Source of the DNA: a bacterium
Lineage (GTDB): Bacteria; UBP6; UBA1177
DNA: 64,000 nucleotides
NCBI GenBank assembly: GCA_017961325.1
Contig: JAGCXM010000015.1
Span: 9,408 to 73,407 of the forward strand
Direction of reading: 5' to 3'
Numbering within the stretch: the first letter of the stretch is position 1; the number at the start of each line of letters is the position of its first letter. Of this stretch, positions 20,520 through 31,096 are shown piece by piece. A program made the position numbers and the translations under genes. A model generated the notes under the pieces. That model had not been told where the DNA came from and searched no databases. It worked only from the letters and a program-made list of their open reading frames with translations.

Positions 20520-21548
20520 ATGAGTTCGGATCGCGGTCAGCTTGGCATTGTCGCCTGTAATTCCGGTAAAGTTTTTGCGGATGCAATGGTCGAATACCTG
20601 AAGGGAAGGTATAAAAAAGACCATCTTGAAGAACGTTTCCGTTACATAAAGACAACAGAAACCCATTTTGCAAACGGTGAAATCAAAACTTCGATTGACG
20701 AGCCTATCCGCGGAATGGACGTTTACGTCGTTCAGCTCATGGACGATCCGCTTTCACCGTATTCGGTAAACGACAACCTCATGGCTCTGGCTACGGCGGT
20801 GAATGCTGCGCACAACAGCGATGCAAGTTCGATAACGGCCGTCATTCCCCAGTTTCCGAATGCGCGTCAGGAACGCAGAAAAGGGCGTGAAAGCGTTACG
20901 GCTTCGATGGTAGCTTCATTTATAGAGGCAAGCGGCGCTTCAAGAGTCCTCACGATAGACATCCACGCAGAGGCGATTTCCGGCTTCTTCCATATTGCCC
21001 GCCTCGACAACCTTCACGCGTCAAGACAGCTCATGGAATCGATGAACACAAGAAATCTCATTACAGAAAACACCGTCGTCGTAGCTCCCGATGTCGGTTC
21101 GGCCGAAACGGCAAGATACTACTCACGCGCTCTGCAGACCGACATGGCGCTTATCGTCAAGGAACGCGACTACTCAAAAGCTTCGACCGTAGTCGATACC
21201 AAACTCGTCGGCAGTGTTGACGGGAAAAACGTCGTCATAGTCGACGATATGATCGCGACCGGCGGAACTCTGATCGCAGCATGCCAGAAACTTCACGAAT
21301 TCGGTGCAAAAAATATAGATGTTTTCTGCACATTTCCGTTCTTTAACGGTGAAGCCGTCGCAAAACTCGATCAGGCTTACAAAGACGGTTTCGTACGCAG
21401 CGTAACAGGAACCAATGCCGTAAACCGCGGCGAAGAGTTCAAGAAAGCCCATCCGTGGTATAACGAAGTCGATGTCGCACGCCTTTTCGCGAAAGTCGTC
21501 TACAGCATAAATCACATGAAATCTATTTCCGACATTTTGGATTCCTAA
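20520..21548 (+). CDS. prs: Ribose-phosphate pyrophosphokinase
   Basis: VVIVDDMIATGGTLIAACQKL PRPP-binding motif. Overall Prs family. Confidence 0.85.
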   Translation: MSSDRGQLGIVACNSGKVFADAMVEYLKGRYKKDHLEERFRYIKTTETHFANGEIKTSIDEPIRGMDVYVVQLMDDPLSPYSVNDNLMALATAVNAAHNSDASSITAVIPQFPNARQERRKGRESVTASMVASFIEASGASRVLTIDIHAEAISGFFHIARLDNLHASRQLMESMNTRNLITENTVVVAPDVGSAETARYYSRALQTDMALIVKERDYSKASTVVDTKLVGSVDGKNVVIVDDMIATGGTLIAACQKLHEFGAKNIDVFCTFPFFNGEAVAKLDQAYKDGFVRSVTGTNAVNRGEEFKKAHPWYNEVDVARLFAKVVYSINHMKSISDILDS

Positions 21549-21550
21549 CT

Positions 21551-23539
21551 GTGCCGATGGAGAAAAAGATGAATAAATTCAGCATCATCTTCACGTTTTT
21601 GCTGACTTTCATGTTTGTTTCGTGCGTTGAAACGGGCGAAGTCGAAGGACCGATAGAAATCACGAATCACGTCACCGACTGGCGCGACGAAGTGATTTAT
21701 CAGCTTATAACCGACCGTTTCGCCGACGGCGACGTCAACAACAACTACAACGTCAACAAAAAGTCGCTCACTTCATGGAACGGCGGCGATTTTCAGGGAA
21801 TAATCGACAACATTGACTACCTCAAAAAGCTCGGTGTAACGGCGCTTTGGATCAGTCCCGTCGTCAAAAACGTCGATTCTGATGCCGGAATTGCAGGTTA
21901 TCACGGTTACTGGACGCAGAACTTCAAAGCTGTCAACCCGCACTTCGGCGATCTGGCAAAACTGCGTGAAATGATTAAAGTTCTACATGAAAATGATATA
22001 AAAGTCATCCTCGATATCGTTGCAAACCACGTCGGTCAGCTTTTCTACTACGACATGAACAAAAACGACCAGCCCGACGAAATGGTCATGGGCAGCGACA
22101 TGACCTGCGACGCTTACTGCAGCCACATCACCGGTGTTGAGGAGGAAAACGTAAAAAATCAGATATGCTCGCAGGAATATTCGCGTGAAAGCATTTCTTG
22201 GCTTCCCGAAGACGGAGACTGCTACAGCAACTGCGTGTGGAGATGCAAGAACGAAGAATACCCGCAGAAAATGGGGATCGTCCGCTACAGCGAATGGGAT
22301 CCGGATTTCGATCCGCGCAAGATCCGCTCGTTTTCCGATGCCGGCGAATCAGGTATCGCGCCGATAAAATGGGTTTATATGCCTGAAATCAACCGCGTTC
22401 CGCCCGAACCGGCCGAGTTTCACAACGATGACTGGTACAACAGAATGGGAAGAACCGTTACATGGGACAGCCGCTATCAGGTCGTAAAAGGCGACTTTCC
22501 CGGCGGCCTAAAGGACCTTGACACGACAAGAACAGACGTCAGAAACGCGCTCATTTCAGTTTTCCAATACTGGATCGGCTCTTTGAATATCGACGGTTTC
22601 AGAGTCGATACGATAAAACACGTCGAGCACGAATTCTGGCAGGTTTTCACTCCGGCTATGCGCAACTACGCGAAAAGCATCGGCAAAGAAAACTTTTTCA
22701 TTTTCGGAGAGGCTTTTGACGGCGACGATGTTCTTTTGGGAAGCTTCACGCAGAATGACGAAATGGATTCTGTTTTCTATTTTTCCCAAAAATTCCAGGT
22801 ATTTGACTCGATTTTCAAATGGGGGAACGCAACGAAGAATTTTGAGGGTCTTTTCAACGAAAGATGGAACAAGCACCGCGACGGATCTGCTCTCGGAGAG
22901 GGCGAATCGCAGCGTTACGGCACGGTTTCAGGTGTGAAGGATGCCGACGGGAACGTACTCAGCCCGCAGAAAATCATGGTCAATTTCATGGATAACCACG
23001 ATCTGCCGCGCTTCCTCTATGAACAGCCAGACAAAAACGCTCTCAAAAACGCCCTTTCGCTCATGTTCACGATGGACGGAATTCCCTGCATTTACTACGG
23101 AACCGAGCAGAATTTCAGCGGCGGCAACGATCCGGCCAACCGCGAAGCGCTCTGGACAAGCGGCTATGATACAGAAAACGAGACTTTCACCCACATTTCG
23201 AAGATGGCGGCACTCCGCGCGAAGTATGCGCCTCTCCGCCGCGGCGATTTGAATATCGTCTGGTCTACCGATCACACCGGTGACGAGAGCGATGCCGGAA
23301 TCCTCGCTTTCGAAAGGGTTTACAAAAACGAAAGAATGCTTGTTGTCATCAACACGAACAAAAATCATCCGTCGAAGACCTCGTTTGAAGGCTCTGTAAT
23401 GAAGACGAATTTCAACGGCGGAACAAATCTGGTCAATGTTTTCCCGGGCTCTGAAGGCAAAGGCTACACCGTTTCTGGCGACGGAAAGCTTGAAATCGAA
23501 CTTCCGGCACAGACGGCAGCCGTTTTTGCCGTAAAATAA
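21551..23539 (+). CDS. GH13 alpha-amylase-family lipoprotein
   Basis: Lipoprotein signal (FMFVSC). GH13 regions: DWRDEVIYQLITDRF, GVTALWISPV, GFRVDTIKHV, FGEAFDG, NHDLPRF. Confidence 0.8.
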   Translation: MPMEKKMNKFSIIFTFLLTFMFVSCVETGEVEGPIEITNHVTDWRDEVIYQLITDRFADGDVNNNYNVNKKSLTSWNGGDFQGIIDNIDYLKKLGVTALWISPVVKNVDSDAGIAGYHGYWTQNFKAVNPHFGDLAKLREMIKVLHENDIKVILDIVANHVGQLFYYDMNKNDQPDEMVMGSDMTCDAYCSHITGVEEENVKNQICSQEYSRESISWLPEDGDCYSNCVWRCKNEEYPQKMGIVRYSEWDPDFDPRKIRSFSDAGESGIAPIKWVYMPEINRVPPEPAEFHNDDWYNRMGRTVTWDSRYQVVKGDFPGGLKDLDTTRTDVRNALISVFQYWIGSLNIDGFRVDTIKHVEHEFWQVFTPAMRNYAKSIGKENFFIFGEAFDGDDVLLGSFTQNDEMDSVFYFSQKFQVFDSIFKWGNATKNFEGLFNERWNKHRDGSALGEGESQRYGTVSGVKDADGNVLSPQKIMVNFMDNHDLPRFLYEQPDKNALKNALSLMFTMDGIPCIYYGTEQNFSGGNDPANREALWTSGYDTENETFTHISKMAALRAKYAPLRRGDLNIVWSTDHTGDESDAGILAFERVYKNERMLVVINTNKNHPSKTSFEGSVMKTNFNGGTNLVNVFPGSEGKGYTVSGDGKLEIELPAQTAAVFAVK

Positions 23540-23545
23540 CTGAAA

Positions 23546-24517
23546 ATGGCTCTTAAAAAAAATCTCAAAATCGCAATAAGTTTTCTAGTTGTTGCAATTC
23601 TTTTTTTCCTTCTTTTCAGAAAACTCGATTTCGAACTTTTTGAAAAATATCTGGCTGAAGGCAACAAATTTTTGATTTTATTAGGAATTTTAGTCTATCT
23701 TTCCTCATTTGCGGTTCGTGCCCTGCGCTGGAAAGTTCTGCTCAGCCATATCGGCAGCTTTAAAATCCGCGGGCTTGCGCCTGTAATCGTCGCAGGTTAT
23801 GCCGTCAACAACGTTCTTCCGGTACGCATCGGGGAAATCGTCCGTGCCGCGATTGCAGGCAAAATGTTCAGAATCAGCATTCCTGCAACCTTTGCTTCGG
23901 TTTTTGTCGAGCGCATTTTCGACGGACTCACGATTGCACTGATACTTTCCGCAACCATTTTTTTCTATCCTTTTCAGGAAAACATGAAAACTCTGGCATG
24001 GGGAGCGTCGCTTTTTTTCGCACTTCTTTTCGTTTTTGCGCTATCTGCCGCCTTTTCATCAAAACCGCTTGAATTTGTTATGTTTTTAAGAAGCAAATCT
24101 CCGAAATTCCTATCTGTTTTTTTTGATTTTTCGGAAAAATTCCTAAAAGGAGCGGCATCACTTGACTCTTGGAAAAAAATCGTCGCAGCATTTTCTCTAA
24201 GTCTTATGGTCTGGGCTTTTGAACTTGCAGTATATCTGCTTATTTCGGCAGCTTTCGGCGTAAAAATCCCGTTCGTCGGATGTCTCGTCATGCTCTGCGC
24301 CGCCAATCTCGGAATGCTTGCGGCTCCGACACCGGCCGGACTAGGAGTTTTCCAAGGAGCGATAGTTTTTGCACTTGAAACATTTGACGTTCCTTACGAG
24401 CAGCGGATGGCAGTCGCTCTGATACTCCACGCCGCTCAGATAGTTCCGACAACGGTCATCGGTTTCATATGGATCTGGATAAAAAATCTGAAAATCGGCA
24501 AAATCACCTCCGAGTGA
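23546..24517 (+). CDS. Flippase-like membrane protein (UPF0104/LPG_synthase_TM family)
   Basis: 8 TM helices. LRWKVLL...GYAVNNVLPVRIGEIVRA motif of the lysyl-PG synthase TM-domain family. Confidence 0.55.
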   Translation: MALKKNLKIAISFLVVAILFFLLFRKLDFELFEKYLAEGNKFLILLGILVYLSSFAVRALRWKVLLSHIGSFKIRGLAPVIVAGYAVNNVLPVRIGEIVRAAIAGKMFRISIPATFASVFVERIFDGLTIALILSATIFFYPFQENMKTLAWGASLFFALLFVFALSAAFSSKPLEFVMFLRSKSPKFLSVFFDFSEKFLKGAASLDSWKKIVAAFSLSLMVWAFELAVYLLISAAFGVKIPFVGCLVMLCAANLGMLAAPTPAGLGVFQGAIVFALETFDVPYEQRMAVALILHAAQIVPTTVIGFIWIWIKNLKIGKITSE

Positions 24518-24625
24518 TTTATATTTTAATTTAGTTGTTTTAATTTAATTGACAAAATTGCTGTTTTGAGTAGCATATTCCGTTAATTTGTTTTATCTTA
24601 CTATGAAAATACGAAGGAGTCCCTG

Positions 24626-25933
24626 ATGAAAAACATGATTTTTGCTTTGGTTTTGATGTTTTCGACCTCGGTTTTTGCCGAGTTGGTTGCGCCGGCAAGT
24701 GCGGAAGAAGTTCCGGTTCCGAACTTTATCAATCTTGACAATGTCGATTTCAGTGGTGCGCCTGACACTCACGAGGTTGTCCGCGGCGACACTCTTTGGG
24801 ACATAAGCGAAAAATATTTGAAAAGTCCGTGGTACTGGCCGAAAGTCTGGTCTATCAACCCGCAGATCGAGAATCCGCATCTCATCTATCCGGGAGATAT
24901 AATTTATTTCCGCAGAAACGGTGAAATGAACATGCCGGGCGATGAAAACGCAGGCCGCAGAAGAAATGCGGGAGCCGGTAACGGTGACGGCTATGGTGAC
25001 GGCGGCGACGGTTACGGCGACGGCTCAGAATATGAAGATGAAGGCGAAACCGATGCCCTTGCACAAACTGGAAAAACGCTTGACGCTACGCCTGAAAATT
25101 ACAAAGACTTCGTAAAATTGGGCGGAAAATACAGAGTCGACCGTTTCAAACAAGTTGACGACACGATAATGGATGTCGTTCAAAAAGGTTTCATCGGCAA
25201 TGTCGAAGAAGATGAACTGGCGAAAATCGTAGGTTCCTTCGAGCCGAAAGAACTTCTTGCTACCGGCGACAACATTTACGTTGAAATCGGCGATAACAAA
25301 GATGACAAAGACGACAAAGACAAAAAGGACAAAAAAGATAATAAAAAGAAACCGGCAGATTTCCAGATAGGCGACTATGTCGAAATAATCCACATCCGCG
25401 ACAAAATCAAACATCCCGACACCGGTGATAAAATCGGTTCGATCGTTGACATTGTCGGTCGCGGCAAAGTTCTCGACATCGGCAAAAAGAAAAACGATGA
25501 TGATGATGACGAAACACGTATCGCAACAGTAAAAATCGTCAAGGCTTACGATGCAATCGAACGCGGTTTCCATGTACGCGAATATGTCGAGCAGGAAAAA
25601 AACGTTCCTCTTAAAGAAACCGAATCAGATATTAAGGCGAAAATTCTCACCGGTTACGATCCGACTTTCTATTACGGACCGAACTTCATCGTTTACCTTG
25701 ACAAAGGAAGCGACGACGGTGTTGAACCCGGAATCATGCTTTCGGTTTACAGAAAAGGTGACGGTTTGAGAGAATTTGAAGGAAAGTCTTCTCCTGCAAA
25801 TCTTCCGTGGGAAATAATCGGTGAACTCGTCGTCATCCGTGCTGACGAAAAAACTTCCGTAGCAGTTATTACAAACAGCATCCAGGCTCTCGAAGCTGGC
25901 GATTCCGCAATTACCGGCGAAATTGAAGAATAA
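24626..25933 (+). CDS. Secreted LysM-domain protein with Gly/Asp-rich and Lys/Asp-rich low-complexity linkers
   Basis: Signal peptide. LysM domain (HEVVRGDTLWDISEKYL...IYPGDIIYF). GNGDGYGDGGDGYGDG and DNKDDKDDKDKKDKKDNKKK tracts. Confidence 0.7.
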   Translation: MKNMIFALVLMFSTSVFAELVAPASAEEVPVPNFINLDNVDFSGAPDTHEVVRGDTLWDISEKYLKSPWYWPKVWSINPQIENPHLIYPGDIIYFRRNGEMNMPGDENAGRRRNAGAGNGDGYGDGGDGYGDGSEYEDEGETDALAQTGKTLDATPENYKDFVKLGGKYRVDRFKQVDDTIMDVVQKGFIGNVEEDELAKIVGSFEPKELLATGDNIYVEIGDNKDDKDDKDKKDKKDNKKKPADFQIGDYVEIIHIRDKIKHPDTGDKIGSIVDIVGRGKVLDIGKKKNDDDDDETRIATVKIVKAYDAIERGFHVREYVEQEKNVPLKETESDIKAKILTGYDPTFYYGPNFIVYLDKGSDDGVEPGIMLSVYRKGDGLREFEGKSSPANLPWEIIGELVVIRADEKTSVAVITNSIQALEAGDSAITGEIEE

Positions 25934-27605
25934 ATTTCTCGTTTTCCTACCATTTTTATTTTCATCCTTTCTATTTGTTTTAGTTTGTCTCAATTTCAAC
26001 GACTCCGCTTCACTTGCCGAAAACATTGAAAAAGATCGATTTTTCTTCATAAATTCTGGGGTTTTCGTTGCAGAACTCGATTCTTTGAATGAAACGCTTT
26101 TACTTCGTGAAAACGAAACCGCAATACAGCAGCCGAACAAGTTTTTTTACGAAAAACTAAACCGTACTCTCGCAAAAACGCCTTTAATCACGTCGGAATG
26201 CAACGAACAGCTCGGCGAAAAAATTTCAAATTTTGCAAAAAAAATCGGTGAACAAAAAATCCCTGAAGAAATTTCAGAAGAAGAAAAAAAACTGCAAATC
26301 CAAGCTATCAGTTCCAATATCCAGACTTTGGCTGAACTTGTAAACCTTGCGACACGGCAGAAACTCGGAGTTTTGAAATACAGCTATTCCGTCTGGCAGG
26401 ATTTTCTGAACAAAACCGTCATAATTTCATCGGCGTTTTTTCTTTTCATCACATTTCTGCTCACGTTGATTGCATTAAGATTCGGTAATAAAATCAATAA
26501 GCTGTTTGCTTTAATCGGTTTAAAGAAAAATGCAGGTCTGAAAGACGCGGAATCCGCAGTCAGACAACTTGCCGAAAACGGTGCGGCCGAAACCGATGAA
26601 CTCAACAGAAAACTTGCCCGCGAACAGATAGTAGGCAAAAGAAAGGAAGATCTGCTCAACTCCATTCCCGAAGGACTGACGGCGGCGGCAACAGGTCAGG
26701 TGACATTCGTAAACAAGGCGATGCAGGAATGGTTCGGAATAGATTCATCAGCCATCGGCGAAAAAATCGAAAAAATTTTTGAAAAAATCGGTACTGACGG
26801 CAGCGCCGGCAAATTCAAAAGCGGCGAAGAAACCTATATGCTCACCGTTTCCAAAAACCAGAACGAAACTTTTTACATTTTCGGAAACATCACTAAATCG
26901 GAGGAACTTTCTAGCAAACTTCTCAATTCCGAGCGTCTGGCCTCCGTCGGCGAAATGGCTGCGCGGATTACGCATGAAATAAGGAATCCGCTCAACACAA
27001 TCAAAATAAACAGCGAATATCTTGCCGAAAACATTGATAAAATCAGTTTGCCGGAACAAAAGCAGTCTCTTTCTCTGATAGCCGGAGAAGTCGACCGACT
27101 GCGGCAGATTACCGACAAATACATGGGAATGGTTAACTACAACAAAACAGAAAAAAGCGACAGCGGCGTCTCCCTGCCTACCGATTTAATTGAATTTCTC
27201 TCATTTCATCTCACTGAACTGCAGAAAAAGAACATCGAACTTTCCGTAGGACAAAGTGATGAAGAAATGACTATTTCGATTTCACTTTCATCGTTCAAGG
27301 AAATCATGCTGAATCTTATTAAAAACGCATGGGAAGAACTTGAAAACGGTGGAAAAATCGCTGTAAACACAAGCAAAAACGGCAATTTCGCCGTGATTTC
27401 GGTGGAAGATTCAGGCCGCGGCGTTCCCATTCCCGAAAGAGAAACCATCTTTAAGAATTTTTACACAAAAAAACCGGGCGGAACGGGAATCGGCCTGAGC
27501 CATTCGAGAAAACTTGCAACCGGAGCTGGCGGCAGACTTTACGTTCAGGATTCAAAACTCGGCGGCGCGGCATTCGTTTTGGAAATTCCCGTCAAAAAAC
27601 AATAA
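25923..27605 (+). CDS. Sensor histidine kinase (TM plus PAS-like plus HisKA plus HATPase_c); no adjacent response regulator
   Basis: H-box ARITHEIRNPLNTI. N/G boxes ...NAWEE...GGTGIGLSHSRKLA. N-terminal signal/TM and one internal TM. Confidence 0.8.
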   Translation: MKNKFLVFLPFLFSSFLFVLVCLNFNDSASLAENIEKDRFFFINSGVFVAELDSLNETLLLRENETAIQQPNKFFYEKLNRTLAKTPLITSECNEQLGEKISNFAKKIGEQKIPEEISEEEKKLQIQAISSNIQTLAELVNLATRQKLGVLKYSYSVWQDFLNKTVIISSAFFLFITFLLTLIALRFGNKINKLFALIGLKKNAGLKDAESAVRQLAENGAAETDELNRKLAREQIVGKRKEDLLNSIPEGLTAAATGQVTFVNKAMQEWFGIDSSAIGEKIEKIFEKIGTDGSAGKFKSGEETYMLTVSKNQNETFYIFGNITKSEELSSKLLNSERLASVGEMAARITHEIRNPLNTIKINSEYLAENIDKISLPEQKQSLSLIAGEVDRLRQITDKYMGMVNYNKTEKSDSGVSLPTDLIEFLSFHLTELQKKNIELSVGQSDEEMTISISLSSFKEIMLNLIKNAWEELENGGKIAVNTSKNGNFAVISVEDSGRGVPIPERETIFKNFYTKKPGGTGIGLSHSRKLATGAGGRLYVQDSKLGGAAFVLEIPVKKQ

Positions 27606-27631
27606 TCCTTAATTTCATCCAACGGCTGATT

Positions 27632-30085
27632 TTAAAGAATCTTTTCGCTTTTCAGAAGACTCTCTTCATCGTATCCGGCAAGCTCTTTGCGGTAGCCGTT
27701 TTTGATTATGTGGAATTCTCCGGTGAAAGAGTCGAATTTTTTCATGACGCTTCCGAGTTCGGTCTGGTGTCTGATTGTCATTTCGAGAGTTTCATCATTA
27801 AAATCAAGCACTTCCAGGATTTCTTTTGCCGAATCGAAATCAGTTTTTTCAAAGAATTTCACGCGGTAGGTGCTTGTCGGAAGGGTTCTGAGGATCTTTT
27901 CGACTTTCTTTATCTTTTCGCGGTCGCATTTGGTGAAAGTGAGGAATTTTATTCCGGAATTTTCCAGAATTGAATTGAGTTTCGCCAGAGTTTCAGCCTC
28001 ATCGGTCTCTTCGGTGAGCCAGACCGTGCCGAATTCCTCGTCGACTTCGACTCCGACAGGTGCCGGAAACGCCAGATTGAAGCGCGGCATCGGGTGGAAA
28101 CCGTCGGAATAGAGGATCTGCAGGTCACTCAAAGTGAGCGCTTTGAAAAGGAACGAAACGAGATCCAGGTGCCCGATGCTTATCGAATTTCCGTGTTTCG
28201 AAAGAGAGAAGACATAAGGGAATGAGTTGTTTTTATTGTTCTTTTCGGGAATTTCAAAAGTCGCGTTCTCGTCAAGCGGCTCCCCCGTTCTGATCATCGG
28301 TTTGACCTCTTTGAAATCGCACGCGCCGCAGCCGTTGCACTTTCCGGTCTTCGCGCAGTCGGGAGTGACTTCGAAGTTGTATGCCTTTTCACGTTCGCTG
28401 AGGAGGAATTTCCTGTCGATCCTGAGGTCTATGTGCTCATAGGGAAGCGGTTTGTCCAGTGATTTCGGCAGATAAGTGCTTTCGGGGTCGATTCCCGCCG
28501 CCGCCATTCCCTGATCCCAGAGAACGGGGTCGAAACTGACGTCTTCGGTCTGGAGCCCTTTCATGTTTTTCGCAACGAATTCAATGACTTTGCCGTATTC
28601 GCGCCCGGCACGACTCAAATATCCTTCGACCGTGCTCACTTCCTGATCGTGCCATGCGAGTTTGATATTTTTTATGCCGCGCAGACTTTCGATGATTATC
28701 TTCTGCTTTGCCTTTATCTCCGCCGGACTCGACATTTTTTCCCACTGGAACGGAGTGAAGGGCTGCGGCACGAAAGTCGAGAAACTGACGCTTATCATCG
28801 CCTTTTTCCCGAATCTTTTTATATAGTTGCTCATTCTTTTGACGAGCTGCACCGTCTCGACGATGTCCCTTTCCTCTTCAAGCGGAAGCCCCAGCATGAA
28901 GTAGAGTTTGACCGCCTGCCAGCCGTTTGAAAATATCGTGTGGATCGCGTTGATGAGGTCTTCTTCGCTGTTGCCTTTGTTGATGACGCGGCGCAGTCTT
29001 TCGCTTCCCGATTCGGGAGCCAGCGTGAAGCCGACTTTTCTCCCTTTTCTGATGACCTGCGCGATCTTCGGAGTGATCGTTTCTGTCCTGAGACTCGGCA
29101 GAGAGACCGAGATCTTGCGACTGTAGCGGCTGTACGAACGGACCAAAATGTCTTCGATCTCGCTGTGGTCTGCCGCCGAAAGCGAGAGGAAACCCGCCTC
29201 GTCGTAACCCGAAGTCCTGACTACCCTGTCCAGAATTTCGCAGACATTTTCGGCACTTTTCTCTCTGTGCGGCCGGTAGAACATTCCCGCCATGCAGAAG
29301 CGGCAGCCTCTGGTGCAGCCTCGCATTATCTCGATCGTGAAGCGGTCGTGGATCGTCCTCATCGCAAATATCGGAGCGTCGAAAAGCGAGTCTGGATCGT
29401 AGTTGAGATCCGGAAGTATCGACCTTCTCGCGACCTGCCCCGAAAGAGAGCCGTCCTCGTTTATTTTGAGATCTTTACCGTTCTGAACCGACGGAATATA
29501 GACCGAAGGGATCTTCGCAAACGCCTCGAGACGCGCCTTTTTCCCTTTCACATTTTCTAAAATGTCCATGAATTCTTCAGCCGCCGGCTCGAACTCTCCG
29601 ATCGAAACAGCGTCGATGAAATCGGCCATCGGTTCCGGGTTGCACATGACCGGCCCGCCAGACCAGATTATCGGATAACTCTCTGAATTCATTCTGTCTT
29701 TCGAATGTATTGGAATCCCTGCGATCTCAAGGATCTTCAGAAAATCTGGGTACTGCAGCTGATACTGGAACGACACAGCGATAATGTCAAAATCGCGGTA
29801 GTTCACCCCGTGCATCATCGAAGTCAGACCGCCGCTTTTTGCAGCGATTTCAAATATATCCTTCTGCGGAGAGAAGCCGAAATCGACCAGAAATCCTCTC
29901 CTGTGGAAAAGCGAATAGAGGATCTTCACCCCGGTGTGGCTCTGTGCCATCTCGAAAAGATCAGGAAAAAGTATCAGTATTTTCGGCTTATTAGGGTCAG
30001 TTTTGACCTTAACAGTCTCGATAAACGGCGCGAAGTAGCGCCCCGGCTTTTCGATCCTGCGCAGAAAAGAAGTTACAAGTTTCAA
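27632..30085 (-). CDS. Radical SAM protein of the TIGR03960 family fused to a C-terminal DUF2344 domain
   Basis: CTRGCRFCMAG radical-SAM cysteine motif in the middle. B12-binding-like N-terminal region. C-terminal 220 aa resemble DUF2344 (GHLDLVSFLFKALTLS). Confidence 0.7.
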   Translation of the reverse strand: MKLVTSFLRRIEKPGRYFAPFIETVKVKTDPNKPKILILFPDLFEMAQSHTGVKILYSLFHRRGFLVDFGFSPQKDIFEIAAKSGGLTSMMHGVNYRDFDIIAVSFQYQLQYPDFLKILEIAGIPIHSKDRMNSESYPIIWSGGPVMCNPEPMADFIDAVSIGEFEPAAEEFMDILENVKGKKARLEAFAKIPSVYIPSVQNGKDLKINEDGSLSGQVARRSILPDLNYDPDSLFDAPIFAMRTIHDRFTIEIMRGCTRGCRFCMAGMFYRPHREKSAENVCEILDRVVRTSGYDEAGFLSLSAADHSEIEDILVRSYSRYSRKISVSLPSLRTETITPKIAQVIRKGRKVGFTLAPESGSERLRRVINKGNSEEDLINAIHTIFSNGWQAVKLYFMLGLPLEEERDIVETVQLVKRMSNYIKRFGKKAMISVSFSTFVPQPFTPFQWEKMSSPAEIKAKQKIIIESLRGIKNIKLAWHDQEVSTVEGYLSRAGREYGKVIEFVAKNMKGLQTEDVSFDPVLWDQGMAAAGIDPESTYLPKSLDKPLPYEHIDLRIDRKFLLSEREKAYNFEVTPDCAKTGKCNGCGACDFKEVKPMIRTGEPLDENATFEIPEKNNKNNSFPYVFSLSKHGNSISIGHLDLVSFLFKALTLSDLQILYSDGFHPMPRFNLAFPAPVGVEVDEEFGTVWLTEETDEAETLAKLNSILENSGIKFLTFTKCDREKIKKVEKILRTLPTSTYRVKFFEKTDFDSAKEILEVLDFNDETLEMTIRHQTELGSVMKKFDSFTGEFHIIKNGYRKELAGYDEESLLKSEKIL

Positions 30086-30223
30086 AATATTCTCCTAAAA
30101 CATGAATGTTTTCAGCAATCTACTTAATTTCTTCAATTAAAAGAACTCTTGTCAAAAGACGGCGATACTTTAAGGAAAATTGTGGAAAATGCAAGAGTTC
30201 AGGGGCGGACAGGCCGTATTCAG

Positions 30224-30287
30224 CTCAACGAATACGAACACTCATTTTGAGGTCAAAAATTTTGACCTCAAAAAAACACGTTATTCG
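30224..30287. repeat. Repeat family A, copy 1 (about 64 nt; contains the perfect palindrome TTGAGGTCAAAAATTTTGACCTCAA)
   Basis: Near-identical to 31995-32057. Internal 12-nt inverted arms. Directly followed by a 29-nt partial copy of repeat B (30289-30317). Confidence 0.85.
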
Positions 30288-30369
30288 CCGTTTAAAGCGG
30301 TAAATTTTGTGATTTTGCAATTTGAGGAAGTGTCAAGAAAAAGTTAACTTCGACTATCTTAGATTGTTT

Positions 30370-30690
30370 TTATCTGCCGCTATGACAAATGACATCGTAA
30401 CTACCATTTTGACTCCTGTCAGCTTGGGAGACATATACTCTACAATCCTCGCTCACAGAAACCGCAAGACCTTCAAGAGTTATAAAAGTAGCATAAGGAC
30501 ATTTCAGATTTCTGGAAGCAAGCGTTCTTGCATTTGCTTTCAGTTCGTCAGCAGTAGCCAGATACCGATTGATAGAACGGCAATAATCCTTTGCATCTTG
30601 AAATGACATGCGAGTTCCTGGAATCGGGGATGCCGCGGTAAGAATTGCAAAGCAGAGAATAAAGAAAGAAAGCAAAAAAAATTTTTTCAT
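30370..30690 (-). CDS. Small secreted Cys-containing protein, DUF1566/Lcl-like fragment (paralogue 1)
   Basis: Start reassigned to MKKFFLL (signal peptide) with a GGAG RBS. YCRSIN..LATADEL resembles the DUF1566 motif. Paralogous to 30743-31051. Confidence 0.55.
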   Translation of the reverse strand: MKKFFLLSFFILCFAILTAASPIPGTRMSFQDAKDYCRSINRYLATADELKANARTLASRNLKCPYATFITLEGLAVSVSEDCRVYVSQADRSQNGSYDVICHSGR

Positions 30691-30742
30691 GTCAAATCTC
30701 CGTAAAAAATTATCATCATCAAATAATACCTTTTGAGATCTT

Positions 30743-31051
30743 CTATCTTCCGATGCAGACAGCCTGATAACTAGAACCTTCTTTTCCTGTTCCAAAAGCA
30801 CTCACAACACAATTACTTCCGAAAGAAACGGTTTGATTGTTTTCGCCTATAAAAGTCTGTGGAGCACAATTAGTCATTCCAGCTGCTTTCATAAGCGATA
30901 CCATCTCGTAGGTATATGCCAACCGCATATTGATACTGCGGCAATAATTTACAGCCTGTTGATATGTAACAGCTCTGGGAACAGGTTTTACAGCTGCCGA
31001 AAGTGTTACAAAACTGAAAACCAAAACAAAAACCAAGAAAAATTTTTTCAT
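30743..31051 (-). CDS. Small secreted Cys-containing protein (paralogue 2; tandem duplicate)
   Basis: MKKFFLVFVL signal peptide. Shares YCRSIN and a C-terminal SY.V.C..GR with paralogue 1. Upstream 30 nt nearly identical to that of paralogue 1 (catgtcaaatctcc). Confidence 0.55.
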   Translation of the reverse strand: MKKFFLVFVLVFSFVTLSAAVKPVPRAVTYQQAVNYCRSINMRLAYTYEMVSLMKAAGMTNCAPQTFIGENNQTVSFGSNCVVSAFGTGKEGSSYQAVCIGR

Positions 31052-31096
31052 GTCAAATCTCCTTAAAATAAGTTGTTAAAAATTCACCTTTTCAGG

